Assembly: GCA_043752145.1 (NCBI GenBank)
Contig: JAYUZA010000164.1
Coordinates: 1-34,519, forward strand
From: Flavobacteriales bacterium
GTDB taxonomy: Bacteria > Bacteroidota > Bacteroidia > Flavobacteriales_D > UBA2798
Reading direction: 5' to 3'
Length of the DNA stretch: 34,519 nucleotides
In this document: positions 1 through 8,364 of the stretch, piece after piece
Position numbering within the stretch: the first letter of the stretch is position 1
Layout of the letters: each line of letters begins with the position of its first letter
Notes under the pieces: model-generated
Seen by the model: only the letters and a program-made list of their open reading frames with translations
Told to the model about the DNA's origin: nothing
Database searches by the model: none
Program-made: the position numbers and the translations under genes

Positions 1-1248
1 ATCTGATCCGTTTAATTCTAAAAAATAATCGTTTTCTGATTTTTTTATTTGCGAATTATCAAATTTAACAGGTGTTATTTTTTTTGCAGTATCCAATACA
101 ACGGGAGGAGTAATTATGTCTTTCTTTTTCGCCAATAATTCTTTCAATTTATTGATTGTATCGTTCTTTTCGGTCTCCATTTTAGTGAACGTTTCTTCAG
201 CTTCTATCTTATCGCTTCTATTCTTCTTTGTGAGCGAGTCGTTCTCGTTGGCTTTCACAGCAACTTCACTATTCAATAACTCAATTTGCTTTTTCGCTTC
301 TTCTAATTCCTTATCGTTGTTTTTTCCATTATTTTTCACAGGGAAACGATAACCAACCAAAATTTCCTGATTTACCCCGGCCAACGATTTTGAACTGTTC
401 AATACAACATCATATGCATATCCAATAACAAAACTCTTTTTAATTCTAACTCCTGCAGAAGCAGTAACTGCATAACCTGCTTTATACGTACCGTTGACCC
501 AAACAAAATCGCGGAAATCGGCTGTAACCCCACCTTCATAGTAAATATCGGCACCCGGTATAAATTTCACCATGGCAAGTGGTGTGATCTTCAATCCGAG
601 CTTTTCTGAAAATTCAAAATCGTAACGCATCATTCCAATAAAATGACGATCAAAAGTGTGTCCGCCTCCAACCTGTGAGCCATCGTTGATCATTGCTTTT
701 AATTGCGAATTGATTCCCAAAAGTTGCGGAACGCTGAAATTAAACTGGAATTTTTTAAGCTGTAATAAAATTCCAGCATTCACGTTGGCAACTATCTTAC
801 GCGATGGATAATATGAATTCAATTGGACATCGTTCGGATCCATTACAATAGCCTGATTGTAATTGATACGATAATCTTCGGCACCGGCTGCAAGACCAAA
901 ACGTAAAAAAGAAGTTTCTGAAAAATTTACCTTGTATGAACCGCTTAACATAGCACCAGCCGCGGATGAAGCACCCATTACATCACTGTATAACGAAATA
1001 CCAAGGCCTAGTTTATTTTCAAAAAGACTTCCATCAACCGTTAGAGCATTTACAATATTTCCACCTTCAAAACCAAGATTGCGTTGATTGCGCATTAAAT
1101 ATGCGTTGGTGGTTTGGTGAAAGCCTGTTGCTGCAGGATTAAATGCCATACCATTGATAAAATAGTGATGATAGGCAGGAATTTGCTGAGCTTTGCTAAT
1201 GAAAACCGAAACCAATAAAAACGATATGAGTAAAATACGTGTTTTCAA
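1..1248 (-). CDS. PorP/SprF-family type IX secretion system membrane protein. The 3' end lies beyond the left window edge. Carries an extra charged C-terminal extension.
   Basis: The ORF track omits it because there is no stop in the window. The minus strand from TTG (1248-1246) reads (M)KTRILLISFLLVSVFISKAQQIPAYHHYFINGMAFNPAATGFHQ...LRFGLAAGAEDYRINYNQAIVMDPNDVQ...GVNQEILVGYRF. I read it through to position 1 (416 codons) and saw no stop. It has a signal peptide, and the opening and closing blocks are typical of PorP/SprF barrels. It starts 10 nt downstream of a type-B CTD cargo gene. After ...GYRF (about nt 340) it continues as a K/E-rich segment (KELEEAKKQIELLNSEVAVKANENDSL...). Confidence 0.8.
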   Translation of the reverse strand, partial: MKTRILLISFLLVSVFISKAQQIPAYHHYFINGMAFNPAATGFHQTTNAYLMRNQRNLGFEGGNIVNALTVDGSLFENKLGLGISLYSDVMGASSAAGAMLSGSYKVNFSETSFLRFGLAAGAEDYRINYNQAIVMDPNDVQLNSYYPSRKIVANVNAGILLQLKKFQFNFSVPQLLGINSQLKAMINDGSQVGGGHTFDRHFIGMMRYDFEFSEKLGLKITPLAMVKFIPGADIYYEGGVTADFRDFVWVNGTYKAGYAVTASAGVRIKKSFVIGYAYDVVLNSSKSLAGVNQEILVGYRFPVKNNGKNNDKELEEAKKQIELLNSEVAVKANENDSLTKKNRSDKIEAEETFTKMETEKNDTINKLKELLAKKKDIITPPVVLDTAKKITPVKFDNSQIKKSENDYFLELNGSD

Positions 1249-1258
1249 AACCTGTTTC

Positions 1259-2992
1259 TTATTTAGAACTTGCTACTGTTAATACTCCTTTATACGTTTT
1301 GTCAAGATCAGTTATTTCCACGATGTAATAATATGAACCATCGGGAAGACCCTCGGCATTCCAGTCATTGATATATCCTGTTTTGTTGTACAAGATCTGC
1401 CCGTGATTATTGAGAACTGTAACCTCATTGTTTGGGTAAAAGTACGTAATTGTTTCCGAAGTATTCTTGTCAAAAATATTCCACACATCGTTATCGCCAT
1501 CTCCGTTAGGTGTAATAAAATTACAAATAACCAATTCGGGTACTTTTGAGGCAGTAGCCGTATCAATGATGGTTATAGTCATGTTGTCTGAGTCGGTGCA
1601 TCCTGCATTGTCAGTAACGGTTAAAGTATATGTAAAAACCCCAACGATACTCGCACCATTTATGCACGGTGTTGCGGTATTTGAACCGGTTAGCATTGTG
1701 GGTGGTAACCAATTGTAAAAGATTCCTCCCGATCCGCTAAAGCAATAGGTATCACCAAGTGAAATTGTTGCGTCTGCGCCTGCGCTTGCTACCGGAGCCG
1801 GAACAACGGTTATGGTAGCGCACAATGAAGTGTCGGCCGGACAAATACCGTTTTGCAATATGGCACAGTACATGGTAGTTGTTGTTAAGCCGCTATATGG
1901 CTGAATAAATGTCGGATTTGAAATATTTGTATAAGGCGCTCCTCCGGTTGTAGTAGAAATCCAACTTGTGATAGTTCCACTATATCCCGACAGAAATAAA
2001 CTATCGGAATTAATTCCAAAACACACTGTTGCATCGGCCACTACCGCACCAGCTACCGGAGGCGCAGTTACAGTGATGGTAGTAATTGTTGAGCTGTCGG
2101 GAGGACAAACACCATTTTGTATAATGGCATGAAAATATGAAGTAGTTGGAAGATTTGTATAATTATAAAAATTAGCCGCGTTCCCTAAGCTTGACCACGT
2201 GCTACCACCATCGGTCGAGATCGTCCAATCAAGAATTGTTCCGGTGTATCCAGTTAAATTTATTGTTCCTGCATTACCGGTTGCGCAAACGGTAGCATCA
2301 CCAAATGTCACACCGGCTTCAGTTGTATCATCAACAGTAATTACTGCTACAGGCGATAATCCGTCAGGACAAAAACCTCCTTCTATAACCACTTGGTAAT
2401 AGGTGGCTACAGTTAATCCAGAATACCCAAGTGTATTTATTGTATCTAAAGGCAACGGAGTCCATGGGCCACCGGGGCCAACCGTAGAGTATTGCCAATA
2501 ATCAATGTAACCTGTATTGCCAACCAAAGCTAAAATTCCTGCGTTACCACTTGAGCAAACAGTATCGCTCACCATCAGGCTTCCACCAACAACGGTTGTG
2601 TCATTGACAATGGTAATTGAAAATTGATTGTTTAGCGGATTTATATCACCTACCATAGTAATTTCGGCATCAATTATGTATGTACCTTGATTGGAAAAAT
2701 CGGCACAAGGGACGAAAGTATACGAAAACGTTCCACCTGGAGGAAGTGATAAAGTATATGTTTCAGTTATTGGCGCACCACTATTTATACTGTATGAAAC
2801 ATCAACGTTCGTGAAAAAAATTCCTATAGTGACATGGGGATTGTAAATCATAACTGTGATGGGAACGCAGTTTGATAAATTACATCCTGAACTTACAGAA
2901 GTAATATCAATAATAGCCACATCCTGTGTATTTGCTTGTTTTGTAAACAGCAAAAAGATTAATGCTAGTATTTTAAAAGCGGTTTTTATCAT
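1259..2992 (-). CDS. T9SS type-B C-terminal sorting domain (gliding-motility-associated CTD, CHU_C type) secreted multi-domain adhesin-like protein
   Basis: The C-terminus ICNFITPNGDGDNDVWNI...YPNNEVTVLNNHGQILYNKTGYINDWNAEGLPDGSYYYIVEITDLDKTYKGVLTVASSK matches the type-B CTD pattern (TPNGDG.ND..., W.G...G..P.G.YYY). I place the start at ATG 2992 (MIKTAFKILALIFLLFTKQANTQ signal peptide) rather than the track's TTG at 3019. Domain order is a CARDB-like N-domain, then three ~88-aa two-Cys repeats, then one Ig/PKD-like module, then the CTD. Confidence 0.85.
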   Translation of the reverse strand: MIKTAFKILALIFLLFTKQANTQDVAIIDITSVSSGCNLSNCVPITVMIYNPHVTIGIFFTNVDVSYSINSGAPITETYTLSLPPGGTFSYTFVPCADFSNQGTYIIDAEITMVGDINPLNNQFSITIVNDTTVVGGSLMVSDTVCSSGNAGILALVGNTGYIDYWQYSTVGPGGPWTPLPLDTINTLGYSGLTVATYYQVVIEGGFCPDGLSPVAVITVDDTTEAGVTFGDATVCATGNAGTINLTGYTGTILDWTISTDGGSTWSSLGNAANFYNYTNLPTTSYFHAIIQNGVCPPDSSTITTITVTAPPVAGAVVADATVCFGINSDSLFLSGYSGTITSWISTTTGGAPYTNISNPTFIQPYSGLTTTTMYCAILQNGICPADTSLCATITVVPAPVASAGADATISLGDTYCFSGSGGIFYNWLPPTMLTGSNTATPCINGASIVGVFTYTLTVTDNAGCTDSDNMTITIIDTATASKVPELVICNFITPNGDGDNDVWNIFDKNTSETITYFYPNNEVTVLNNHGQILYNKTGYINDWNAEGLPDGSYYYIVEITDLDKTYKGVLTVASSK

Positions 2993-3002
2993 TTGCGGTT
3001 TT

Positions 3003-4745
3003 TTACTTGGAGCTAGCAACTGTTAATACTCCTTTATACGTTTTGTCAAGATCAGTTATTTCCACTATATAATAATATGAACCATCGGGAAGACCTTCGG
3101 CATTCCAGTCATTGATATATCCTGTTTTGTTATATAGGATCTGACCATGATTATTTAGCACAGTTACTTCATTGTTAGGATAAAAATTAGTAAGCGGCTC
3201 TAAAGAAAAAACATCATAGATATTCCAAACATCGTTATCGCCATCCCCGTTAGGTGTAATAAAATTACAGATAACGATCTGCGGAATTTTCGGGGGAATG
3301 GTGGTTGCTGTATCTAAAACAATAAGCGTCATATTATCGGTATCAATACAACCAAAAGCATCAGTTACCGTAAGGGTATAGGTAAATACACCAACCGAAT
3401 CGGCACCAATAATACATGGAGAAGAGGTATTTGAACCAACTAACATTACGGGTGGCAACCAGTTATAAAAAATTCCACCTGCTCCTAAAAAACATACTGT
3501 GTCGCCCAATGAGATCACGGTATCTACTCCTGCACTTGCAACGGGTGGTGATGCAATTGTAATTGTTGCGCAAAGTGAAGTATCGGCCGGACAAACACCG
3601 TTTTGCAATATTGCACAATACATGGTAGTTGTACTTAGGCCGCTATAGGGTTGAATAAATGTTGAATTTGAAATATTGTTGTAAGGCGGCCCACCGGTCG
3701 TAGTAGAAATCCAACTTGTAATTGTTCCGCTATATCCCAAAAGAAATAAACTATCAGAGTTAGTTCCGGAACACACGGTTGCATCGGCTGCAACTGCACC
3801 GGGTACAGGAGGCATTGTAACTGTGATGGTCACGTTATTTGAGCTATCAGGTGGACAAACACCGTTAGCTGTAATTGCGTGATAAAGTGTATTGGTAGTA
3901 AGGTTCGTGTAACTTATGGTACTGGTAGTATTACCGGTACTTGTCCACGTTGCGCCCGAATTGGTTGAAATTGTCCAATCCAAAATAGTTCCATTGTATC
4001 CTGTCAAGTTAATCGAACCACCATTTGCCGTTGAACAGACCGTTGCATTACCAATGGCGAGACCCGAATCGGTTGTATCATCCACCGTAATTACAACAAC
4101 GGGGGATAAACCATCGGGACAAAGTCCTCCGTCTATTACTACTTGATAATATGTGTCTGCGGTTAAACCTGAATAGCTTAGTGTACTTAATGTGTCGAGT
4201 GGCAATGCGGTCCAGGGTGGGCCTAAAGTACCTGAGGAGTACTGCCAATAATCAATATAGCCGGTATTGCCGACTAAACTTAAGATTCCTGCGTTGCCAC
4301 TCGCGCAAACAGTATCACTCACCAAAAGACTTCCGCCCACAACGGTTGTATCATTTACAATTGTAACCGAAAACTGGTCGTTCAATATATTCAAATCGCC
4401 CACCATATTTACATCAAAGTCAACAATGTAAGTGCCTTGTTGCGAGAAATCGGCACAGGCAAAAAAAGTGTATGTGTAAACACCTCCTGCAGGCAAAGTA
4501 AGGCTAAAAGATTCTGTTACCGAAGCCGAGACTGGCCCCGTAATTGAAAACAAAACATCAACAGGGGTAACAAAAATACCAAAAGGTCCGTAATTATATA
4601 CCGTGATCGTAATTGGTACGCAGCTTGGTAAATTACATCCTGATACTATAGATGGTGCACCGGTAACCGATAAATCCTGCGATGAGGCCGGTTTAAAAAA
4701 AGCTAAAAAAAGTGCAAGTGCGATGAGTATTTTTTTGACTGCCAT
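3003..4745 (-). CDS. T9SS type-B C-terminal sorting domain secreted protein, tandem paralogue of 1259..2992
   Basis: It has the same architecture as its neighbour, and the last ~40 aa are identical. I place the start at ATG 4745 (MAVKKILIALALFLAFFKPASSQ signal peptide). The track's 22-aa N-terminal extension has no signal-peptide character. Confidence 0.85.
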   Translation of the reverse strand: MAVKKILIALALFLAFFKPASSQDLSVTGAPSIVSGCNLPSCVPITITVYNYGPFGIFVTPVDVLFSITGPVSASVTESFSLTLPAGGVYTYTFFACADFSQQGTYIVDFDVNMVGDLNILNDQFSVTIVNDTTVVGGSLLVSDTVCASGNAGILSLVGNTGYIDYWQYSSGTLGPPWTALPLDTLSTLSYSGLTADTYYQVVIDGGLCPDGLSPVVVITVDDTTDSGLAIGNATVCSTANGGSINLTGYNGTILDWTISTNSGATWTSTGNTTSTISYTNLTTNTLYHAITANGVCPPDSSNNVTITVTMPPVPGAVAADATVCSGTNSDSLFLLGYSGTITSWISTTTGGPPYNNISNSTFIQPYSGLSTTTMYCAILQNGVCPADTSLCATITIASPPVASAGVDTVISLGDTVCFLGAGGIFYNWLPPVMLVGSNTSSPCIIGADSVGVFTYTLTVTDAFGCIDTDNMTLIVLDTATTIPPKIPQIVICNFITPNGDGDNDVWNIYDVFSLEPLTNFYPNNEVTVLNNHGQILYNKTGYINDWNAEGLPDGSYYYIVEITDLDKTYKGVLTVASSK

Positions 4746-4990
4746 ACTTAAGTGAATTTGTGAGGTACCAAGGTACACTAATTTTTCGAAATAGATTCTA
4801 GACCCTCGCACTTAGTTTGGTACAATAATTGCGCGCAAAATACAAGAATACGAAGACTGAAGATAATTAATTGACTGAATATCAACAAAGCAATTTTATC
4901 ATGCCATGTAGCAGGAAAAAAATAGCAACCTATGGTGCTTTCGATCGTCTTATTCATGCAAATGTTACGTAACTTGATAAAAATAAGGAT

Positions 4991-5383
4991 ATGAAAAAAT
5001 TAATCGTTTCTACTTTTCTTGTTGTTGCTTCAATAGCCTCTATGGCTCAATCAAAATCATTGGTTGCAAAAATTGATAACAACAAAGCGTCTTTTTCACA
5101 AACAGCTGATGGAAGCGTAACAAAATTTCAAATAACTGCTACTGCCGAACAGATCAAAAATTTGAAAGATCAGGCAGCTAATTTAAGTGATAAAATGCAG
5201 TTTAAAGCTCTTTCATCGGTAACTGATAAATTGGTTTACGAATGTGTTTTAACGATAACACATCAAAATCATGCCGAATATGTACACAAAATGTTCGTTT
5301 ATTTAGGCATTACGCAGATAAAAGTTGACGGAGTTGTAAAACCTGTTGACGATCTGGCAACCGTGCTCAATAATTTAAAATAA
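4991..5383 (+). CDS. Small secreted hypothetical protein (130 aa)
   Basis: The ORF has a Sec signal peptide (MKKLIVSTFLVVASIASMAQ). I recognise no family. An intrinsic terminator follows it. Confidence 0.55.
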   Translation: MKKLIVSTFLVVASIASMAQSKSLVAKIDNNKASFSQTADGSVTKFQITATAEQIKNLKDQAANLSDKMQFKALSSVTDKLVYECVLTITHQNHAEYVHKMFVYLGITQIKVDGVVKPVDDLATVLNNLK

Positions 5384-5407
5384 TAACTTAAAATATTTGT
5401 ATGATAG

Positions 5408-5436
5408 ATCCCGCTTTAATTGGCGGGATTTTTTTG
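5408..5436 (+). terminator. Rho-independent terminator
   Basis: The stem is ATCCCGC / GCGGGAT (7 bp) with loop TTTAATTG, followed by TTTTTTG. It lies 25 nt after the 5383 stop. There is no T-tract on the opposite strand. Confidence 0.6.
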
Positions 5437-5443
5437 TTATTAT

Positions 5444-6232
5444 CTATCTTAATTCACCAGGAATAACGCACACAGGAATTGGGTCCATTTTATGTTTGTT
5501 AGCCGAATTAAATTTATTGTAGATAGCGATTACTTCTTGCTGACGAACAGTCAATCCAGTGTTCCCAACTGAAGGCGTTTTACTCAAAAAATCCATGGCC
5601 CATTCCAGTTCAGGATACGTTGCGCCTAATTGTTCCTCATCGGTTCGGTCGGTTTCCCATAATCCATCGGTTGGTTTAGCAATTTGAATGCTGTTAACTA
5701 CATTTAATTCTTTTGCGAGTTCAAAGATCTGCGATTTGGTAAGATCAGCTATAGGACTTAAATCCACTCCCCCGTCACCATACTTGGTATAAAAACCAAC
5801 ACCAAAATCTTCAATTTTATTTCCTGTACCTGCAACAAGCACATTGTTTGTTTGACCAATTGCATATAGAGCTGTCATTCTTAAACGTGCGCGGGTATTT
5901 GCCATACCTAATTCGTGCATTTGGGCATTAAGCGGCAAACTGCTTCTCATTGTATTGAATGAGTTCGTAAGATCGCTTTCAATAACTTTAACTTTCGGAA
6001 AATTATTTTCCAACCACTTCATATGTTCGTTTGCCCTTGAAAGCTGATCGGCCTTTTGATGAATGGGCATGCTCACAACAATTATTTTTTTCCCTGTTTT
6101 GGCACATAATGTTGATGTAACTGCCGAATCAATTCCGCCCGAAATACCAATAATAAATCCACTCGTGCCCGAATTTTCACAATAGGAGTTCAACCAGTTT
6201 ACAATGTGTTCAATTACTTTATCTGTTTTCAT
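5444..6232 (-). CDS. nadE: NH3-dependent NAD+ synthetase
   Basis: It has the PP-loop motif GISGGIDSAV near the N-terminus, a length of 262 aa, and overall NadE-like sequence (…GTGNKIEDFGVGFYTKYGDGGVDLSPIADLTKSQIFELAKEL…). Confidence 0.9.
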   Translation of the reverse strand: MKTDKVIEHIVNWLNSYCENSGTSGFIIGISGGIDSAVTSTLCAKTGKKIIVVSMPIHQKADQLSRANEHMKWLENNFPKVKVIESDLTNSFNTMRSSLPLNAQMHELGMANTRARLRMTALYAIGQTNNVLVAGTGNKIEDFGVGFYTKYGDGGVDLSPIADLTKSQIFELAKELNVVNSIQIAKPTDGLWETDRTDEEQLGATYPELEWAMDFLSKTPSVGNTGLTVRQQEVIAIYNKFNSANKHKMDPIPVCVIPGELR

Positions 6233-6242
6233 GATACCTCTT

Positions 6243-6279
6243 AAAATAAAGAGACCCGCAATTTAAAATTGCGGGTCTC
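6243..6279 (-). terminator. Rho-independent terminator for the 6300..7136 gene
   Basis: The inverted repeat is GAGACCCGCAATTT / AAATTGCGGGTCTC (6251-6279). On the minus strand it is followed by TTTATTTT (6250-6243). It lies 20 nt after the stop. Confidence 0.7.
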
Positions 6280-6299
6280 AAAAAATATTTTTAGTTAAA

Positions 6300-7136
6300 T
6301 TAGAACAATATTCCTACAATAAGACCGATATTTCGACCACTGAATTTTTGTTCTTGTTGAAAAGGAACATTATCTGTGTATGAAGCATCACCGGTTTTTT
6401 CAGCATCGATATTAAACTTTGAATCCCCTTTAACATTGTTCAAAAAGAATTGATTGAACGTTAAGCCCAACAATACCGAGGTTGAGCCTGAAAGATTAAT
6501 TTCAACACCACCGTTAAGTGTTAAACCCAATCGCATAATATTCATATCCTTTGAAACATCGATTTTTTCAAAGGTTGCCGAGGTGTTCGTTACCTGATTT
6601 ATCGATTCATCATCGGCTTTTGATTTAAGATGAACGGAAGCCAAAATGCCAAATCCTCCAAAATATGTTAAGTAACCAATCTCTTTTGTTTTCAAACGAA
6701 GCGCAAACGGAATTGTAAGGTACGTGCTTCGGTAAGCGCGTGACTTGATCGTGTGATACGTGTTTTTTGTATAAATTTCGGGGCTTGCGCTGCCATCCAA
6801 TTTATATTCTTCGCTTTCTAACAATTCATCATCCGAATTAATGAAATATCCGATACTTGTATCATTTGACGACTTCCATTTTCCACCATCATAGTCGATC
6901 TGCAAACCGGTACTGAACCATGCAACATCTGATATTTTGAATTCGGTCATAAGACCGTATCCGAATTTTGCCATTGCACCGCCTTTTTCATAGGTTTTTT
7001 CATCATCCAGTTTAAGCCAACTTAATGATGGTACTGCTTTCAAACCAAATCTGAATTTTTTATCAGAACCTTCCTGCGCTTTAAGATTAACGAATCCAAA
7101 AACCGCTACTGCCAGAATTAAAATCTTTTTACTCAT
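6300..7136 (-). CDS. Outer-membrane beta-barrel (porin/PorT-like family) protein
   Basis: It has a signal peptide (MSKKILILAVAVFGFVNLKAQ), an alternating hydrophobic beta-strand pattern, and a C-terminal ...GLIVGILF ending in an aromatic residue, as in OM beta-barrels. Confidence 0.6.
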   Translation of the reverse strand: MSKKILILAVAVFGFVNLKAQEGSDKKFRFGLKAVPSLSWLKLDDEKTYEKGGAMAKFGYGLMTEFKISDVAWFSTGLQIDYDGGKWKSSNDTSIGYFINSDDELLESEEYKLDGSASPEIYTKNTYHTIKSRAYRSTYLTIPFALRLKTKEIGYLTYFGGFGILASVHLKSKADDESINQVTNTSATFEKIDVSKDMNIMRLGLTLNGGVEINLSGSTSVLLGLTFNQFFLNNVKGDSKFNIDAEKTGDASYTDNVPFQQEQKFSGRNIGLIVGILF

Positions 7137-7228
7137 ATTATTGTTTTTTACGTTAAGGTATTCGTGAATATTTGATTTTGTTTATATAATTATTATTTTA
7201 TTTTACAACTTAAGTTGAAACCTTTATT

Positions 7229-7236
7229 CAAATATA
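7229..7236 (-). promoter_or_regulatory. Candidate Bacteroidota -7 box (TAnnTTTG) for the OMP gene
   Basis: The minus strand reads TATATTTG, an exact match to the TAnnTTTG consensus, ~93 nt upstream of ATG 7136. I did not identify a convincing -33 element. Confidence 0.25.
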
Positions 7237-7293
7237 CGTTTCAAAGCATATGAATATTCAACTAACTTTATACAATATTAAGTATTTAATTGT

Positions 7294-8307
7294 ATGATAG
7301 GTAATGGTTTAAAAAAGTTTTATCCAATAATTCTCCTGGTTTTTGCCTCTTGCGGCACCAATAACAAGCTGGACGTGGATATTTCGGGTGTTTCTCAAGA
7401 GGTTAAATTTACCGATTGGATACCTGTTTTAGATAAAAAAGACGCCAAAAACATGTTAAATGAGCTAAAATCAAGCTCAACCGAATTGAGTAAATATTAT
7501 CTGGGAACTATGATCGGTGCCGATCCTGCAATTGATACACAATGCCTTAAAATGCTTGACCTGTTCATGTACTATCCTTCAACTGTTGAAGGCATAAAAG
7601 AAATAAGAACTGTTTTTAAAGATATGGGTAGTTATAAAGACGAAATAAGCGATGGATTCAAACATGTGAAATTCCATTACCCTTCAACTAAATCCATTTC
7701 TATTTTCACCTATCACTCGGGATTTAATTTTGGTGTTTTTCCGGTAGAAAACGAAATTGGGGTTGGTCTTGATATGTACCTGGGTGTAAACAATACGGTG
7801 ACTAGGGCCTTGCCTGGCGAAAAATTTCCGCAGTACATGAAAAATAACATGGAGCCCTCAAATCTTGTTGTGGATATTATGCGGGGACACACTATTATAA
7901 ACCTTGTTCCCGAGAATGAAGGAAAGGATTTGCTTAGCAACCTTGTTTATGAAGGAAAAATACTGTACGCAATGGATGCTTTTTTACCGGATAAGGAAGA
8001 CCATTTAAAAATACGGTATACCAAAGCGCAACTGGATTGGTGTATAAATTACGAAAGACAGATCTGGAAAGAAATTATTGATAATTCATGGTTGTACAGT
8101 ACCGAAGTAAAAATGATAAATCAGTTTATTATTGAGGCCCCGTTTACGGGAACCCTTCCGCAGGAGTCGCCACCGCGTGCAGGCGCATGGTTGGGTTGGC
8201 AAATGGTACGCGCTTATGCCAACGATCATAGCGAATTAAGTGTAAAACAAATTCTGGAAGAAAAAGACGCACGAAAAATTTTGCGAAGTTATAAACCTCC
8301 TAAGTAA
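7294..8307 (+). CDS. gldB: Gliding-motility lipoprotein GldB
   Basis: It has a lipobox (LLVFAS|C). The C-terminal block ...IWKEIIDNSWLYSTEVKMINQFIIEAPFTGTLPQESPPRAGAWLGWQMVRAYANDH... matches my recollection of the GldB family. The length of 337 aa is typical. Confidence 0.72.
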   Translation: MIGNGLKKFYPIILLVFASCGTNNKLDVDISGVSQEVKFTDWIPVLDKKDAKNMLNELKSSSTELSKYYLGTMIGADPAIDTQCLKMLDLFMYYPSTVEGIKEIRTVFKDMGSYKDEISDGFKHVKFHYPSTKSISIFTYHSGFNFGVFPVENEIGVGLDMYLGVNNTVTRALPGEKFPQYMKNNMEPSNLVVDIMRGHTIINLVPENEGKDLLSNLVYEGKILYAMDAFLPDKEDHLKIRYTKAQLDWCINYERQIWKEIIDNSWLYSTEVKMINQFIIEAPFTGTLPQESPPRAGAWLGWQMVRAYANDHSELSVKQILEEKDARKILRSYKPPK

Positions 8308-8364
8308 TAAGTCAGATTTCAGAAGTTAAAAGGATGAAGTGATCGTAAGAGAAAATTTATTGTT

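Larger units (their letters stand above)
1259..4745 (-). repeat. Tandem gene duplication (two ~1.74-kb paralogous units, head to tail, 10-nt spacer)
   Basis: The two genes are colinear at protein level over their whole length. One example of a long shared block is TTVVGGSL.VSDTVC.SGNAGIL.LVGNTGYIDYWQYS. A 45-nt run is identical at DNA level (1277-1321 versus 3021-3065). Confidence 0.85.

Noticed and set aside
116-352. 78-aa plus-strand ORF (MSFFFANNSFNLLIVSFF...)
   Set aside because: It is a low-complexity F/S/L-rich translation lying antisense to the K/E-rich C-terminal extension of the minus-strand PorP/SprF gene. The minus-strand frame is open over all 416 codons, so this ORF is a mirror artefact.
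2993-3019. N-terminal extensions of several track ORFs (to 3019, 4811, 13743, 15519 and 16954)
   Set aside because: In each case an internal ATG gives a clean signal peptide, TM start or REC-domain start. The extended versions would overlap the upstream gene or cover the palindrome-bearing control region, and the 3019 start is a TTG inside the upstream gene's last codons.
4746-4990. 245-bp divergent spacer between the T9SS cargo operon and the small secreted-protein gene, checked for promoters and repeats (GGTAC-CAA-GGTAC at ~4766-4778, TAACTTGA near 4970)
   Set aside because: There is no exact TAnnTTTG box on either strand. The short direct repeat is too small to distinguish from chance, so I make no feature call.
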